A stretch of DNA of 64,000 nt from Vicinamibacteria bacterium (GTDB lineage: Bacteria; Acidobacteriota; Vicinamibacteria; Marinacidobacterales; Marinacidobacteraceae), in the NCBI GenBank assembly GCA_963422395.1, contig OY729431.1, forward strand, positions 1,792,001-1,856,000. The letters are read 5' to 3'. The translations under genes and the position numbers were made by a program. The notes beneath the pieces are model-generated. The model made no database searches and was not told where the DNA came from. It saw only the letters and a program-made list of their open reading frames with translations. Shown here piece by piece: positions 49,097-57,828 of this stretch; the stretch's first letter is position 1; each line of letters starts with the position of its first letter.

Positions 49097-51774
49097 GCGA
49101 GACGCCGACCCGGGGCGCCGAACTGCGCCGGGCTTTTCTCGATTTCTTCGCGGCGCGGGACCACGCAGTGGTGAAGAGCTCGCCGCTCGTCCCCCGAAAC
49201 GATCCGACCCTGCTCTTTGCGAACGCCGGGATGAACCAGTTCAAGGAGTGTTTCCTCGGGCGCGTGAAGCCCGCGCACCCCCGCGCAGTGAGCGTTCAGA
49301 AGTGTGTCCGCGCCGGCGGCAAGCACAACGATCTGGAGAATGTGGGCTTCACCGCCCGGCATCACACCTTCTTCGAGATGCTCGGCAACTTCTCTTTCGG
49401 CGACTACTTCAAGGAGGAGGCGGTGTCGCTCGCCTGGCAGTTCCTCACCGGCGAACTGGGCATTGCCCCGGAGCGGCTCTCGGTGTCGGTCTTCGCCGGC
49501 GACGAGCGAACCCCCGCCGACGACGAGGCGCGCCAGCTCTGGAAGGCGCATGTCCCGGAGGAGCGGATCGCCGCGCTCCCGGCTTCCGAGAATTTCTGGT
49601 CCATGGGGGAGACCGGTCCCTGCGGCCCCTGTTCCGAGATCCACTACGACCTCGGACCGGACTGCACCGGGGACGAACGCTATCTGGAGATCTGGAACCT
49701 GGTCTTCATGCAGTTCGACCGCGGCGAGACGGGCACGCTCCGCCCCTTGCCTGCTCCCTCGGTGGACACCGGGATGGGCCTCGAGCGTCTCGCCGCGGTG
49801 ATGCAGAGGGCCCCTTCCAACTACGACACCGATCTCTTCGGGCCGCTGCTCCGGGCGGTCCGCGAGCGCGCTGCTTCGGGAGGGCCGGCCACGAAAGACC
49901 GCGAGACGGTGCAGGTGGCCGCCCGGGTGATCGCCGACCATGCCCGCGCCATCGCCTTCCTGGTCGCCGACGGCGTGCTTCCCGCGAACGAGGGCCGCGG
50001 CTATGTCCTGCGCAAGATCCTCCGCCGAGCGTTGCGCTTCGGACGGAAGGCGAGGATTCCGGGGCGGTTCCTCGGCGATCTCACCGGCATCGCCATCTCG
50101 GAGATGGAGGACGCCTGGCCCGAACTGGGCCTCTCGCGCGAGCTGATCCTGCGGGTCGCCGCCTTCGAGGAAGAACGGTTCTCCGGAACGCTCGCCGCCG
50201 CGATGAGCCAGCTCGACCGGGTGCTCGCCGAGGACGCGGTCCGGAAATCGGCCCGGATTCCCGGCGAAGACGCCTTCCGGCTCTACGACACCTTCGGCCT
50301 GCCCCTCGACCTGGTGGAAGAAGTGGCCCGCGAGCACGGGATGGAGGTGGACAGCTCCGGCTTCGAGGCCCGGATGCGCGAGCAGCGGGAGCGCGCCCGG
50401 CGGTCCTGGAAGGGAAAACCCGCCGCCGATTCCGGTGCCTACCGCGAGATCCTGGGGAACGAACCCACCCGTTTCACCGGCTACCAGGACCTCGCGGACC
50501 GCGCCCGAGTGGCCGGTGTCCTCCACCGGAACCAGGACGGCATCCCGTCCCCCGCCCCCGCGCTCCGCGAAGGGGAAGAAGGCGAACTGGTCCTCGACCG
50601 GACGCCCTTCTATCCCGAGGGCGGCGGACAGATCGGCGACCGGGGAATCCTGCGCAGCGGCGGAGGGATCGCCGAGGTGCTCGACACTCGGACCCGCAGC
50701 GGCCTGATCCTCCACTCGGTGCGGGTCCGCGAGGGGGAGATCGGCGTCGGCGAGCCGGTCGAGGCGCTCGTGGACCGCGATCGGCGCTCGGGCGCCGCCC
50801 GGCACCACACGATGACCCACCTGCTCCACGCCGCGCTCCGCGACATCCTCGGGCCGCATGTGAAGCAGGCCGGCTCCCTCGTCGCCCCCGACCGCCTACG
50901 CTTCGACTTCACCCACTTCGCCCCGCTCACCCCCGCGGAGATCGAAACCATCGAGGGCCGGGTGAACGAGCAGATCCGCGCCGACCGCGAGGTGCTGTCC
51001 AGCGTGATGCCGCTCGACGACGCCCTCTCCCGGGGGGCGCTCGCCTTTTTCGGCGACAAGTACGGAACCGAAGTTCGGGTGATCGAAGTGCCGGAGTTCA
51101 GCATCGAGCTCTGCGGCGGGACCCACCTGAGCGCGACCGGGCAAGCGGGCCTCTTCGTCATCGCGGCCGAGGAGTCCGTCGCCGCCGGAGTCCGCCGGAT
51201 CGAGGCGCTCACCGGCCGTCCCGCGCTCGAACAGGTGGTCCGGGGGCGGAGGCTGCTCCATGACATCGGACGCGCCGCGAACAGCCGCCCCGACGAGATC
51301 GCCGCAAAGGTCGAGAAGCTGCGCGCCGACCTCCGCCGCCGGGAACGCGAGGTCGAGCGCCTCCGAGACCGCCTCGCCCTCGAGGCGGGCGCGAACTCCG
51401 GAGGGGCCGCCAGGGCGGCGGACTCCGAGGAAATCGCCGGGATCCGCGTCTTCATGCCGGAACCGCTCGACGGAATCTCGAAGCACGAACACCGCCGGCT
51501 GATGGACGCGCTCCGCGACCGGCAGGACGACCGGCCGTGGGTGGCGGTGTCCGCCGCGGTCCGAGAGGGCCGCGCCACCGTCATCCTGGGCGTCTCGTCG
51601 CAGGTCGCCGAGCGCCTCCCGGCGAATCGGCTCCTCGGCGAGGCGGCGGCCGCCATCGGCGGCCGGGGGGGCGGACGCGCTGACCGCGCCGAAGGCGGCG
51701 GCCCCGATCCCGGCGGGCTCCCCGCGCTCAACGAACACATCCGCGCCGCCATCCGGACCGCCTTCTCAGGGTAG
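49093..51774 (+). CDS. alaS: Alanine--tRNA ligase
   Basis: DPTLLFANAGMNQFK, RHHTFFEMLGNFSFGDYFK, DTGMGLER, HTMTHLLH, ELCGGTH, GGRGGG. Confidence 0.98.
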   Translation: MSETPTRGAELRRAFLDFFAARDHAVVKSSPLVPRNDPTLLFANAGMNQFKECFLGRVKPAHPRAVSVQKCVRAGGKHNDLENVGFTARHHTFFEMLGNFSFGDYFKEEAVSLAWQFLTGELGIAPERLSVSVFAGDERTPADDEARQLWKAHVPEERIAALPASENFWSMGETGPCGPCSEIHYDLGPDCTGDERYLEIWNLVFMQFDRGETGTLRPLPAPSVDTGMGLERLAAVMQRAPSNYDTDLFGPLLRAVRERAASGGPATKDRETVQVAARVIADHARAIAFLVADGVLPANEGRGYVLRKILRRALRFGRKARIPGRFLGDLTGIAISEMEDAWPELGLSRELILRVAAFEEERFSGTLAAAMSQLDRVLAEDAVRKSARIPGEDAFRLYDTFGLPLDLVEEVAREHGMEVDSSGFEARMREQRERARRSWKGKPAADSGAYREILGNEPTRFTGYQDLADRARVAGVLHRNQDGIPSPAPALREGEEGELVLDRTPFYPEGGGQIGDRGILRSGGGIAEVLDTRTRSGLILHSVRVREGEIGVGEPVEALVDRDRRSGAARHHTMTHLLHAALRDILGPHVKQAGSLVAPDRLRFDFTHFAPLTPAEIETIEGRVNEQIRADREVLSSVMPLDDALSRGALAFFGDKYGTEVRVIEVPEFSIELCGGTHLSATGQAGLFVIAAEESVAAGVRRIEALTGRPALEQVVRGRRLLHDIGRAANSRPDEIAAKVEKLRADLRRREREVERLRDRLALEAGANSGGAARAADSEEIAGIRVFMPEPLDGISKHEHRRLMDALRDRQDDRPWVAVSAAVREGRATVILGVSSQVAERLPANRLLGEAAAAIGGRGGGRADRAEGGGPDPGGLPALNEHIRAAIRTAFSG

Positions 51775-51888
51775 CGCCGCGAAACCGCCCGGAGCACCCC
51801 GCTTCGGTGTTCCGTGCCGCTCCGCTCCCTTACCGCCGGATCGGCGACCGTTGAGAACGAAGACACCCGCGGGCCGGGCGCTCCTCGT

Positions 51889-53742
51889 CTATTCGCGGAG
51901 GAAGAGGAAGCCGCGGGCGCGGCCGACGGAGAGCTCGAAGGCGCGGGGGCGGCCTCGGTCGGGGTCCGCAAGACCTGGGAGGAACCGGACCGTGCCGCCG
52001 GGGAAGGAGAAGACCGGCGCCGGGATCGAGGCGGTGGCTTCCCCATCGAGGAAGGCCGGTTCGAGGGACCACGCTCCGCCGTCCTGCCGGTGGAGCGTGA
52101 GGCCGGACCCGGCGCTTGAGCGCACTTCCCAGGCGGCGCCGCCGAGTTCGCGGCAGCGGAAGGTCCCGGTCAGCGGCAGCAGCTCGGCAAGCGGAGGGGT
52201 CCAGGGCTCGACGCGGCGGTAGGGGAAATCCCGCTGGCCCGGCTGCCGGAGGAGGAAGCCGCCCGACCCGTCGGGCCCCGCCGTTCCCGCCGGTTGCGGC
52301 ACGAGGCGCATCTGCCGGCCACCGGCGGAGGCGGTCAGCCACCCGTTCTCCGCCCGCTGGAGCGCGGCCGCGAAACCGTCGCGCACGAGCACCAGCCCCC
52401 TTCCTTCGGAGACTCCGGAACCGTCGCCCGCCGAGGCGGGCTCGATGACGGCGAGCGAGGCGGAAGCGGCCTCCCAGAACCGCCCCGGCGCGATCGGCGG
52501 GTCCGCTGTCGGAACGGCGGGGAGCGAGGGCGCTTCCCGGGGATCGAGCGCCGCTTCGAGGAAGAGATCGGCCACCCGGCGGGCCAGCGCTCCGGCGTCG
52601 GCGTTCGCGGCGTTGCAGAGGACGAAGACGGCGAACTCCTGCTCGGGGAAGCGGAGCGAATGGGTGCGGAAACCCACGAAGCCGCCGCCGTGGGAGACCG
52701 TCGGCAGGCCCCGATACTCGCCGAGCGCGAGGCCGGCGGCGTAGTCCTGAGGCGAACCGTCGGAAAACCGCCCCGGCTCGACGAGCCGCTCGGCGAACCG
52801 TGGGCCGAGCGCCGCCGGATCGAGGAACATCCGTTCCCAGCGCCGCAGATCCTGAATCGTGGTGTAGAGCCCGCCGTCCCCGATCATTTCCAGGGTGGTC
52901 TGGTCGAGCTCGAAACCGCCGTCCGCCTCTTCTTCCGCCCTGCCGTCCCGCGCCTCCCGCTTCGGACGCGGCCGGTAGCCGGCAGCCCGACCGGGGACGA
53001 TCTCCCGGTAGCGGTCGTGGAAGTGGGTCGCCTGCATCCCGAGCGGCTCGAAGAGATGCTCCCCGGCGAACTCCCGCAGCGTCTTTCCCGAGACCCGAGA
53101 GATCAGTCGGCCGAGCAGCCAGTACCCCGAGTTGGAGTAGAGATATTCGGTGCCCGGCTCGAAATTCAGTCGATCGAGCCGGCGGAGCGCTGCCAGCACC
53201 TCGGCGTCGGTGTAGTGCGCGTCGTCGCCGTGGCCGGAGAGGGTCATGACCGCGAGGTAGTCGCGGATGCCGCTCGTGTGGTGGATCAGGTGCCGGACCC
53301 GCACCGGCTCCGCCCAGGCGGGCAGGTCGGGGAAGTGTTTCCGCAGCGGCTCTTCGAGCGAGAGCAGCCCCCGATCTTCCGCCGCCAGCACCGCCGCCGC
53401 GGTGAATTGCTTGGAGACCGAAGCCATGCGGAAGACCGAATCCGGGGTCAGGGGAACCCCGTGGTCGAGGTTCGCCATTCCGTAAGCGTCCCGGAAGACG
53501 AACTCCCCCCGCCGGAGGGCGCCCGCGGCGCAGCCGGGCGAATCCTCGCGGTCCCAGGCGCGGAACACCGCATCGAGATCGGCATCGAGAGTACCCGGAG
53601 TCGGTTGCGGCAGCGGCAGCAGCGAAGCGGGAAGTCCCGGCGGGGGGTGGTGGGCGGAGTTGGAGTTCCAGGCAGCGGACGCCCAGGGCAGCAGGCCGAC
53701 GGCGAACGCGGCGGCGCCGGCGGCCCGGCGGGAACCCGTCAT
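51889..53742 (-). CDS. Secreted serine hydrolase (beta-lactamase/AmpC-like)
   Basis: ASVSKQF (SxxK), HHTSGI, YSNSGY, HGGG. Confidence 0.88.
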   Translation of the reverse strand: MTGSRRAAGAAAFAVGLLPWASAAWNSNSAHHPPPGLPASLLPLPQPTPGTLDADLDAVFRAWDREDSPGCAAGALRRGEFVFRDAYGMANLDHGVPLTPDSVFRMASVSKQFTAAAVLAAEDRGLLSLEEPLRKHFPDLPAWAEPVRVRHLIHHTSGIRDYLAVMTLSGHGDDAHYTDAEVLAALRRLDRLNFEPGTEYLYSNSGYWLLGRLISRVSGKTLREFAGEHLFEPLGMQATHFHDRYREIVPGRAAGYRPRPKREARDGRAEEEADGGFELDQTTLEMIGDGGLYTTIQDLRRWERMFLDPAALGPRFAERLVEPGRFSDGSPQDYAAGLALGEYRGLPTVSHGGGFVGFRTHSLRFPEQEFAVFVLCNAANADAGALARRVADLFLEAALDPREAPSLPAVPTADPPIAPGRFWEAASASLAVIEPASAGDGSGVSEGRGLVLVRDGFAAALQRAENGWLTASAGGRQMRLVPQPAGTAGPDGSGGFLLRQPGQRDFPYRRVEPWTPPLAELLPLTGTFRCRELGGAAWEVRSSAGSGLTLHRQDGGAWSLEPAFLDGEATASIPAPVFSFPGGTVRFLPGLADPDRGRPRAFELSVGRARGFLFLRE

Positions 53743-53753
53743 CTCCAGAGGGC

Positions 53754-54101
53754 TCAGGGGTCCTTCGCCGGGGCCGGAAGCGGGGTCGGGAAGAGGCGCA
53801 CCTCACCGCGCTCTTCCGCTTCGCCGCCCGGAGAGATTCGCGCTTCCCCCTCGCGCTCCACCTGGTCTATCCGGAGCACCGCGTGCATCGGCACGAAAGT
53901 GCGCGGCACTCCCTGGAACTCCCTGGCGATGCGCTCGCTGCCAGGATCGATCACCCGTTTCGTCTCGTCCCGGAAGATCAGGCCCGCGATCTCCACGAAG
54001 CCGAAGAGGCCGCCCTGGCTCACCGAACGGGCGTAGAGCTCGTACACCTCTCCCCGGCTCAGGAAGGTCACCCGGTACACCGTCTTCTCGCTCACACCCA
54101 T
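53754..54101 (-). CDS. DUF1820-like protein
   Basis: YRVTF..GEVYELYA, GFVEI, IDP..E...EF.GV.R...PMHAVLRID pattern. Confidence 0.75.
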   Translation of the reverse strand: MGVSEKTVYRVTFLSRGEVYELYARSVSQGGLFGFVEIAGLIFRDETKRVIDPGSERIAREFQGVPRTFVPMHAVLRIDQVEREGEARISPGGEAEERGEVRLFPTPLPAPAKDP

Positions 54102-54149
54102 GGCGGCGACGGATTATCCCACCGGGTCCGCCGATAGAATCCGCTCTTC

Positions 54150-55328
54150 TTGCCGCTGCCGAAACCCGCCGCCGACTCTGCTTCGCACGGCTTCGCCACC
54201 CGCGCCATCCACGCCGGGCAGTCCCCCGACCCGGGCAGCGGCGCGGTGGTCGTTCCGCTGGTGACCGCATCCACCTTCGTCCAGGAGTCCCCCGGCCGGC
54301 CCGGCGCCTACGAGTACTCGCGCACCGGTAACCCCACCCGCAACGCGCTCGAGGCGAACCTGGCCGCCCTCGAAGGCGGCGCCGGCGCGGCCGCCTGCGC
54401 CTCGGGGATGGCTGCGATCGTGATGGCGCTGGAGCTGGTTGCGAGCGGCGAGCGGGTGGTCGCCACCCGGGACCTCTACGGCGGCACCTACCGGGTGTTC
54501 GAACAGGTGTTGCGCCGGCGGGGGCTCGACTTCGCCTGGGTGGACACCAGCGACACCGAAGCGGCGCTCGCCGAGATCGCCGCCGGGGCCGCCATGGTCT
54601 TCCTGGAGACGCCGACGAACCCCATGCTGCGGATCGCCGATCTCCGAATGCTCGCCGACGCCGGCCGCGCGGCGGGGGCGGTGGTGGTGGTGGACAACAC
54701 CTTCATGTCCCCCTTCTTCCAGCGCCCCCTCGAACTCGGCGCCGACATCGTGGTCCACTCGTCCACGAAGTACCTGAACGGCCACAGCGACGGGGTGGGC
54801 GGCCTGCTGGTGGCCAAGGACCCCGAACATGCGGCCCGTTTCCACTATCTCCAAAACGCCGCGGGCGCCATCCTCTCTCCCTTCGACTGCTGGCTGCTGC
54901 TCCGCAGTTCGAAGACTCTGGCGCTGCGCATGGAGCGGCACGACCGGAACGCGGGCGAACTGGCGCGGATGCTCGACGCGCATCCCGCGGTGGCGCGCGT
55001 CCACTACCCGGGCCTCGCCGCCCATCCCGGACACGAGTTGGCCTGCCGCCAGATGAGCGGCTTCGGGGGGATGCTGTCCTTCGAGGTGGAGACCGGGGAA
55101 CGCGCCCGCCGGGTGATGGAAGCGCTGCGGATCTTCTACATCGCCGAGAGTCTGGGAGGGGTCGAGAGCCTCGCCAACCACCCCGCCACCATGACCCACG
55201 CCTCGATCCCGGAGGCGATCCGCCGCCAGCTCGGCATCGGCGACGGACTGGTGCGGCTCTCGGTCGGAGTCGAGGATTCCGGAGACCTGCTCGCCGACCT
55301 CGAAGCCGCCCTCGCGGTCCTCGGCTAG
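54150..55328 (+). CDS. Cystathionine gamma-synthase/gamma-lyase family PLP enzyme
   Basis: TRAIHAG, YSRTGNPT, ETPTNP, VDNTF, HSSTKYLNGHSD, SLGGVES, RLSVGVE. Confidence 0.92.
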   Translation: MPLPKPAADSASHGFATRAIHAGQSPDPGSGAVVVPLVTASTFVQESPGRPGAYEYSRTGNPTRNALEANLAALEGGAGAAACASGMAAIVMALELVASGERVVATRDLYGGTYRVFEQVLRRRGLDFAWVDTSDTEAALAEIAAGAAMVFLETPTNPMLRIADLRMLADAGRAAGAVVVVDNTFMSPFFQRPLELGADIVVHSSTKYLNGHSDGVGGLLVAKDPEHAARFHYLQNAAGAILSPFDCWLLLRSSKTLALRMERHDRNAGELARMLDAHPAVARVHYPGLAAHPGHELACRQMSGFGGMLSFEVETGERARRVMEALRIFYIAESLGGVESLANHPATMTHASIPEAIRRQLGIGDGLVRLSVGVEDSGDLLADLEAALAVLG

Positions 55329-55340
55329 CAGTCTGTGGAT
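55325..55340. mobile_element. Degenerate left end of the CTAG MITE family at a TAG stop codon
   Basis: CTAGCAGTCTGTGGAT compared with the TIR consensus CTAGCAG(C/T)C(C/T)GTGGA(C/T). Confidence 0.6.
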
Positions 55341-55373
55341 TCGCCGCTGGAAGCGGCGGCACCGGGGTTGCCC

Positions 55374-55961
55374 ATGGATTCCGTGCTCCCCCCCGGAACC
55401 GGGCCGCAGCTCGGGCCGGACGCCGCACTCGCCACCCGTCTCCGTTCCCGGATCCGCACCGTCCCCGACCATCCGAAGCCGGGGATTCTCTTCCGGGACA
55501 TCACTCCGCTGCTGGAGGATCCCGGAGCTCTCGGAGAAGCGGTGGAAGCGATGGCCGGCCCCTTCCTCTCCGGGGCGACGGCCGCAGAGGCAGTTGCCGG
55601 GATCGAAAGCCGGGGCTTCCTCTTCGGCACCCCGGTCGCACTGCGGCTGGGAGCGGCCTTCCTGCCGCTGCGGAAAGCGGGGAAGTTGCCGAAGCCGGTA
55701 GCTGCCGAGCCCTATTCGCTGGAATACGGAAAGGCTTCGCTCGAAATCCGGACCGCATCGCTCGTGCCCGGGCAGCGGGTGCTGATCATCGACGATGTGC
55801 TGGCCACCGGCGGCACCGCCGCCGCTGCCTTTCGCCTGCTCCGGCGGCGCGGCGGCGCAGTCGTCGGCTTTTCCTTCTTGTTGTCGCTTCCCGATCTCGG
55901 CGGGGAGGATCGTCTCGCCGCCCTCGGAGTCCCGGTCCACTCCCTGCTCCGGTTTCCCTGA
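55374..55961 (+). CDS. apt: Adenine phosphoribosyltransferase
   Basis: PDHPKPGILFRDITPLL, GIESRGF, RKAGKLP, LEYG, IDDVLATGGT. Confidence 0.96.
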   Translation: MDSVLPPGTGPQLGPDAALATRLRSRIRTVPDHPKPGILFRDITPLLEDPGALGEAVEAMAGPFLSGATAAEAVAGIESRGFLFGTPVALRLGAAFLPLRKAGKLPKPVAAEPYSLEYGKASLEIRTASLVPGQRVLIIDDVLATGGTAAAAFRLLRRRGGAVVGFSFLLSLPDLGGEDRLAALGVPVHSLLRFP

Positions 55962-56026
55962 TCGGCTTTCCCGATCGGTAGGCCGACGGTACGATTCCCG
56001 CTCGGGCGCCGTCCCGGCCGTTTCAT

Positions 56027-56100
56027 GCGCCTGTAGCTCAGGCGGACAGAGCGACGGATTCCTAATCCGTAGGTCGCAGGTTCGAGTCCTGCCAGGCGTA
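56027..56100 (+). tRNA. tRNA-Arg(CCT), CCA not encoded
   Basis: GCGCCTG/CAGGCGT acceptor, ACGGA-TTCCTAA-TCCGT anticodon arm, GGTTCGAGTCC. Confidence 0.95.
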
Positions 56101-56128
56101 CGCCGCGCGGCGCCGATCCTTTCCAGCC

Positions 56129-57745
56129 ATGCGCCCGAAAATCTCTTCCATCTTCCTTCGGGCGGCAGCTTGCCTCGCTCTCCTGCCGGCGGCAGCCGCC
56201 GGCCAGGAGGTGCGCTCGGAAGAGATCCCGCCACCGGCCGAGCTGCGGAACCCGCGATCCACCCTCGACACCTTCCTCGGCGGGCAGCTCCAGGAGGAGA
56301 TCCCCTGGGAGACGGTCACCAGCGCCCTCGCCTTCGAGGCCGGCACCCCCCCGGAGGCGCAACAGCTCACCGCGGCGCAGCTCAAATCGGTGCTCGACGG
56401 ACGCGGGCTGTTCGTGCGTCTCCTGGCCGTTCCCGCAGACCCGGACTACACCGACCCCGAGAGCCAGCAGGCCGAGTTCCGCCCCTTCCCCCTCCGGCTG
56501 CCCGATTTTCGGGTGGACCGCGGCGACGACCTGGCCTGGCGCATCTCGGCGAGAACGGTGCGCGCCGCCCCCGTTCTCTACGAAGAGACCTTCTCGTGGT
56601 ACGCGAGGCGTCTGCTCGAGCTGCTGCCGCCCATCGTCGAGCGCCCTTTCTGGGGATTCACCCTGTGGCAGGTCCTGGGCCTGCTCCTCCTCGCGGCGCT
56701 CGCCTGGACCGCGCAGCAGCTGTTGCGGCTCCTGTTCCGCTTCTCCCTCACCCGGTTCGCCAACCGCCGCGCCGGCTGGGAGGCCGAGACGGCGAGCGCC
56801 GCCGCGCTGCCCGCCTCCTGGCTCGCCGTGGTGTGGATCTTTCAGCGCTTCCTCGCCGACTTGCACTTCCCGGTACTGGTCAACCAGGCATCCAACCTGC
56901 TCCTCGACCTCGCCTTCGCCGCCATCGGCGTCTGGCTCTCCTACCGGGCGATCGACGCCCTCTGCGTTCGACTCGAAGACATCACCGCACGGACTGAAAC
57001 CCGCGTGGACGACCATCTGGTGCCGCTCGCCCGCACGGTGCTCCGGGTGGGCGTCTTGATCGCGGCGGTGGTGCTGATCGCCCACAGCCACGGCTACTCG
57101 GTCACCACCCTGGTCGCCGGGCTCGGCCTCGGCGGCCTCGCGATCGCCCTCGCCGCCCAGGACACCCTCGCGAATGTGCTGGGGTCGCTGGCGATCGTCG
57201 GCGACCGCCCGTTCCAGGTGGGGGACTGGGTGCTGGTGGGCGGCCACGAGGGGACCGTCGAGCGGGTGGGGCTCCGCTCCACCCGGGTGCGGACCTTCTA
57301 CGACTCGGTGGTGAGCGTCCCGAACAGCAAGGTCGTCAACTCCATCGTGGACAACATGGGGCGCCGCACCTACCGGCGGATGAAGCACCTGCTGGGGCTG
57401 CGCTACGACACCGACCCCGACCGCATCCATGCCTTCGTGGAGGGGATCCGCGACCTCATCCGCAGCCGACCGGCGATGCGGCACGACTACTTCGAGGTTC
57501 ACCTGAACCGGTTCTCCGAGTCCTCGGTGGAGGTCCTGGTGTACTGCTTCTTCCGGGTTCCCGACTGGCACGCCGAGCTGACCGAGCGTCACGAATTCCT
57601 CCTCGGCATCCTCCGGCTGGCGAAGCAGCTCGGCGTGGAGTTCGCCTTCCCCACCCGGACCGTCGCGCTGGAACCGGGCGCTCTTCCGGAGGGAGTCCCG
57701 GGCGGCGAAAACGGCCCGCCGGCGGCGTCCCCTCCTTCCGGCTGA
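56129..57745 (+). CDS. MscS-family mechanosensitive channel with periplasmic N-domain
   Basis: GLGGLAIALAAQDTLAN, RPFQVGDW, GTVERVGLRSTR, VPNS, FAFPT. Confidence 0.92.
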   Translation: MRPKISSIFLRAAACLALLPAAAAGQEVRSEEIPPPAELRNPRSTLDTFLGGQLQEEIPWETVTSALAFEAGTPPEAQQLTAAQLKSVLDGRGLFVRLLAVPADPDYTDPESQQAEFRPFPLRLPDFRVDRGDDLAWRISARTVRAAPVLYEETFSWYARRLLELLPPIVERPFWGFTLWQVLGLLLLAALAWTAQQLLRLLFRFSLTRFANRRAGWEAETASAAALPASWLAVVWIFQRFLADLHFPVLVNQASNLLLDLAFAAIGVWLSYRAIDALCVRLEDITARTETRVDDHLVPLARTVLRVGVLIAAVVLIAHSHGYSVTTLVAGLGLGGLAIALAAQDTLANVLGSLAIVGDRPFQVGDWVLVGGHEGTVERVGLRSTRVRTFYDSVVSVPNSKVVNSIVDNMGRRTYRRMKHLLGLRYDTDPDRIHAFVEGIRDLIRSRPAMRHDYFEVHLNRFSESSVEVLVYCFFRVPDWHAELTERHEFLLGILRLAKQLGVEFAFPTRTVALEPGALPEGVPGGENGPPAASPPSG

Positions 57746-57828
57746 CGGACCGGACCCGCGGCCTTGCGCATCGGGCGAACCAGCCCGGGAACCGACCCGA
57801 GCGACCAGCCCGAAACCAGCGGAACCGG

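Noticed and set aside
42015-56100. tRNAs as integration sites
   Set aside because: No duplicated tRNA 3' ends or integrases adjacent; flanks are housekeeping genes.
57770-57825. Loose ~12-bp periodic tract between the MscS gene and sppA (also 15288-15313)
   Set aside because: Too short and degenerate to assign a function.
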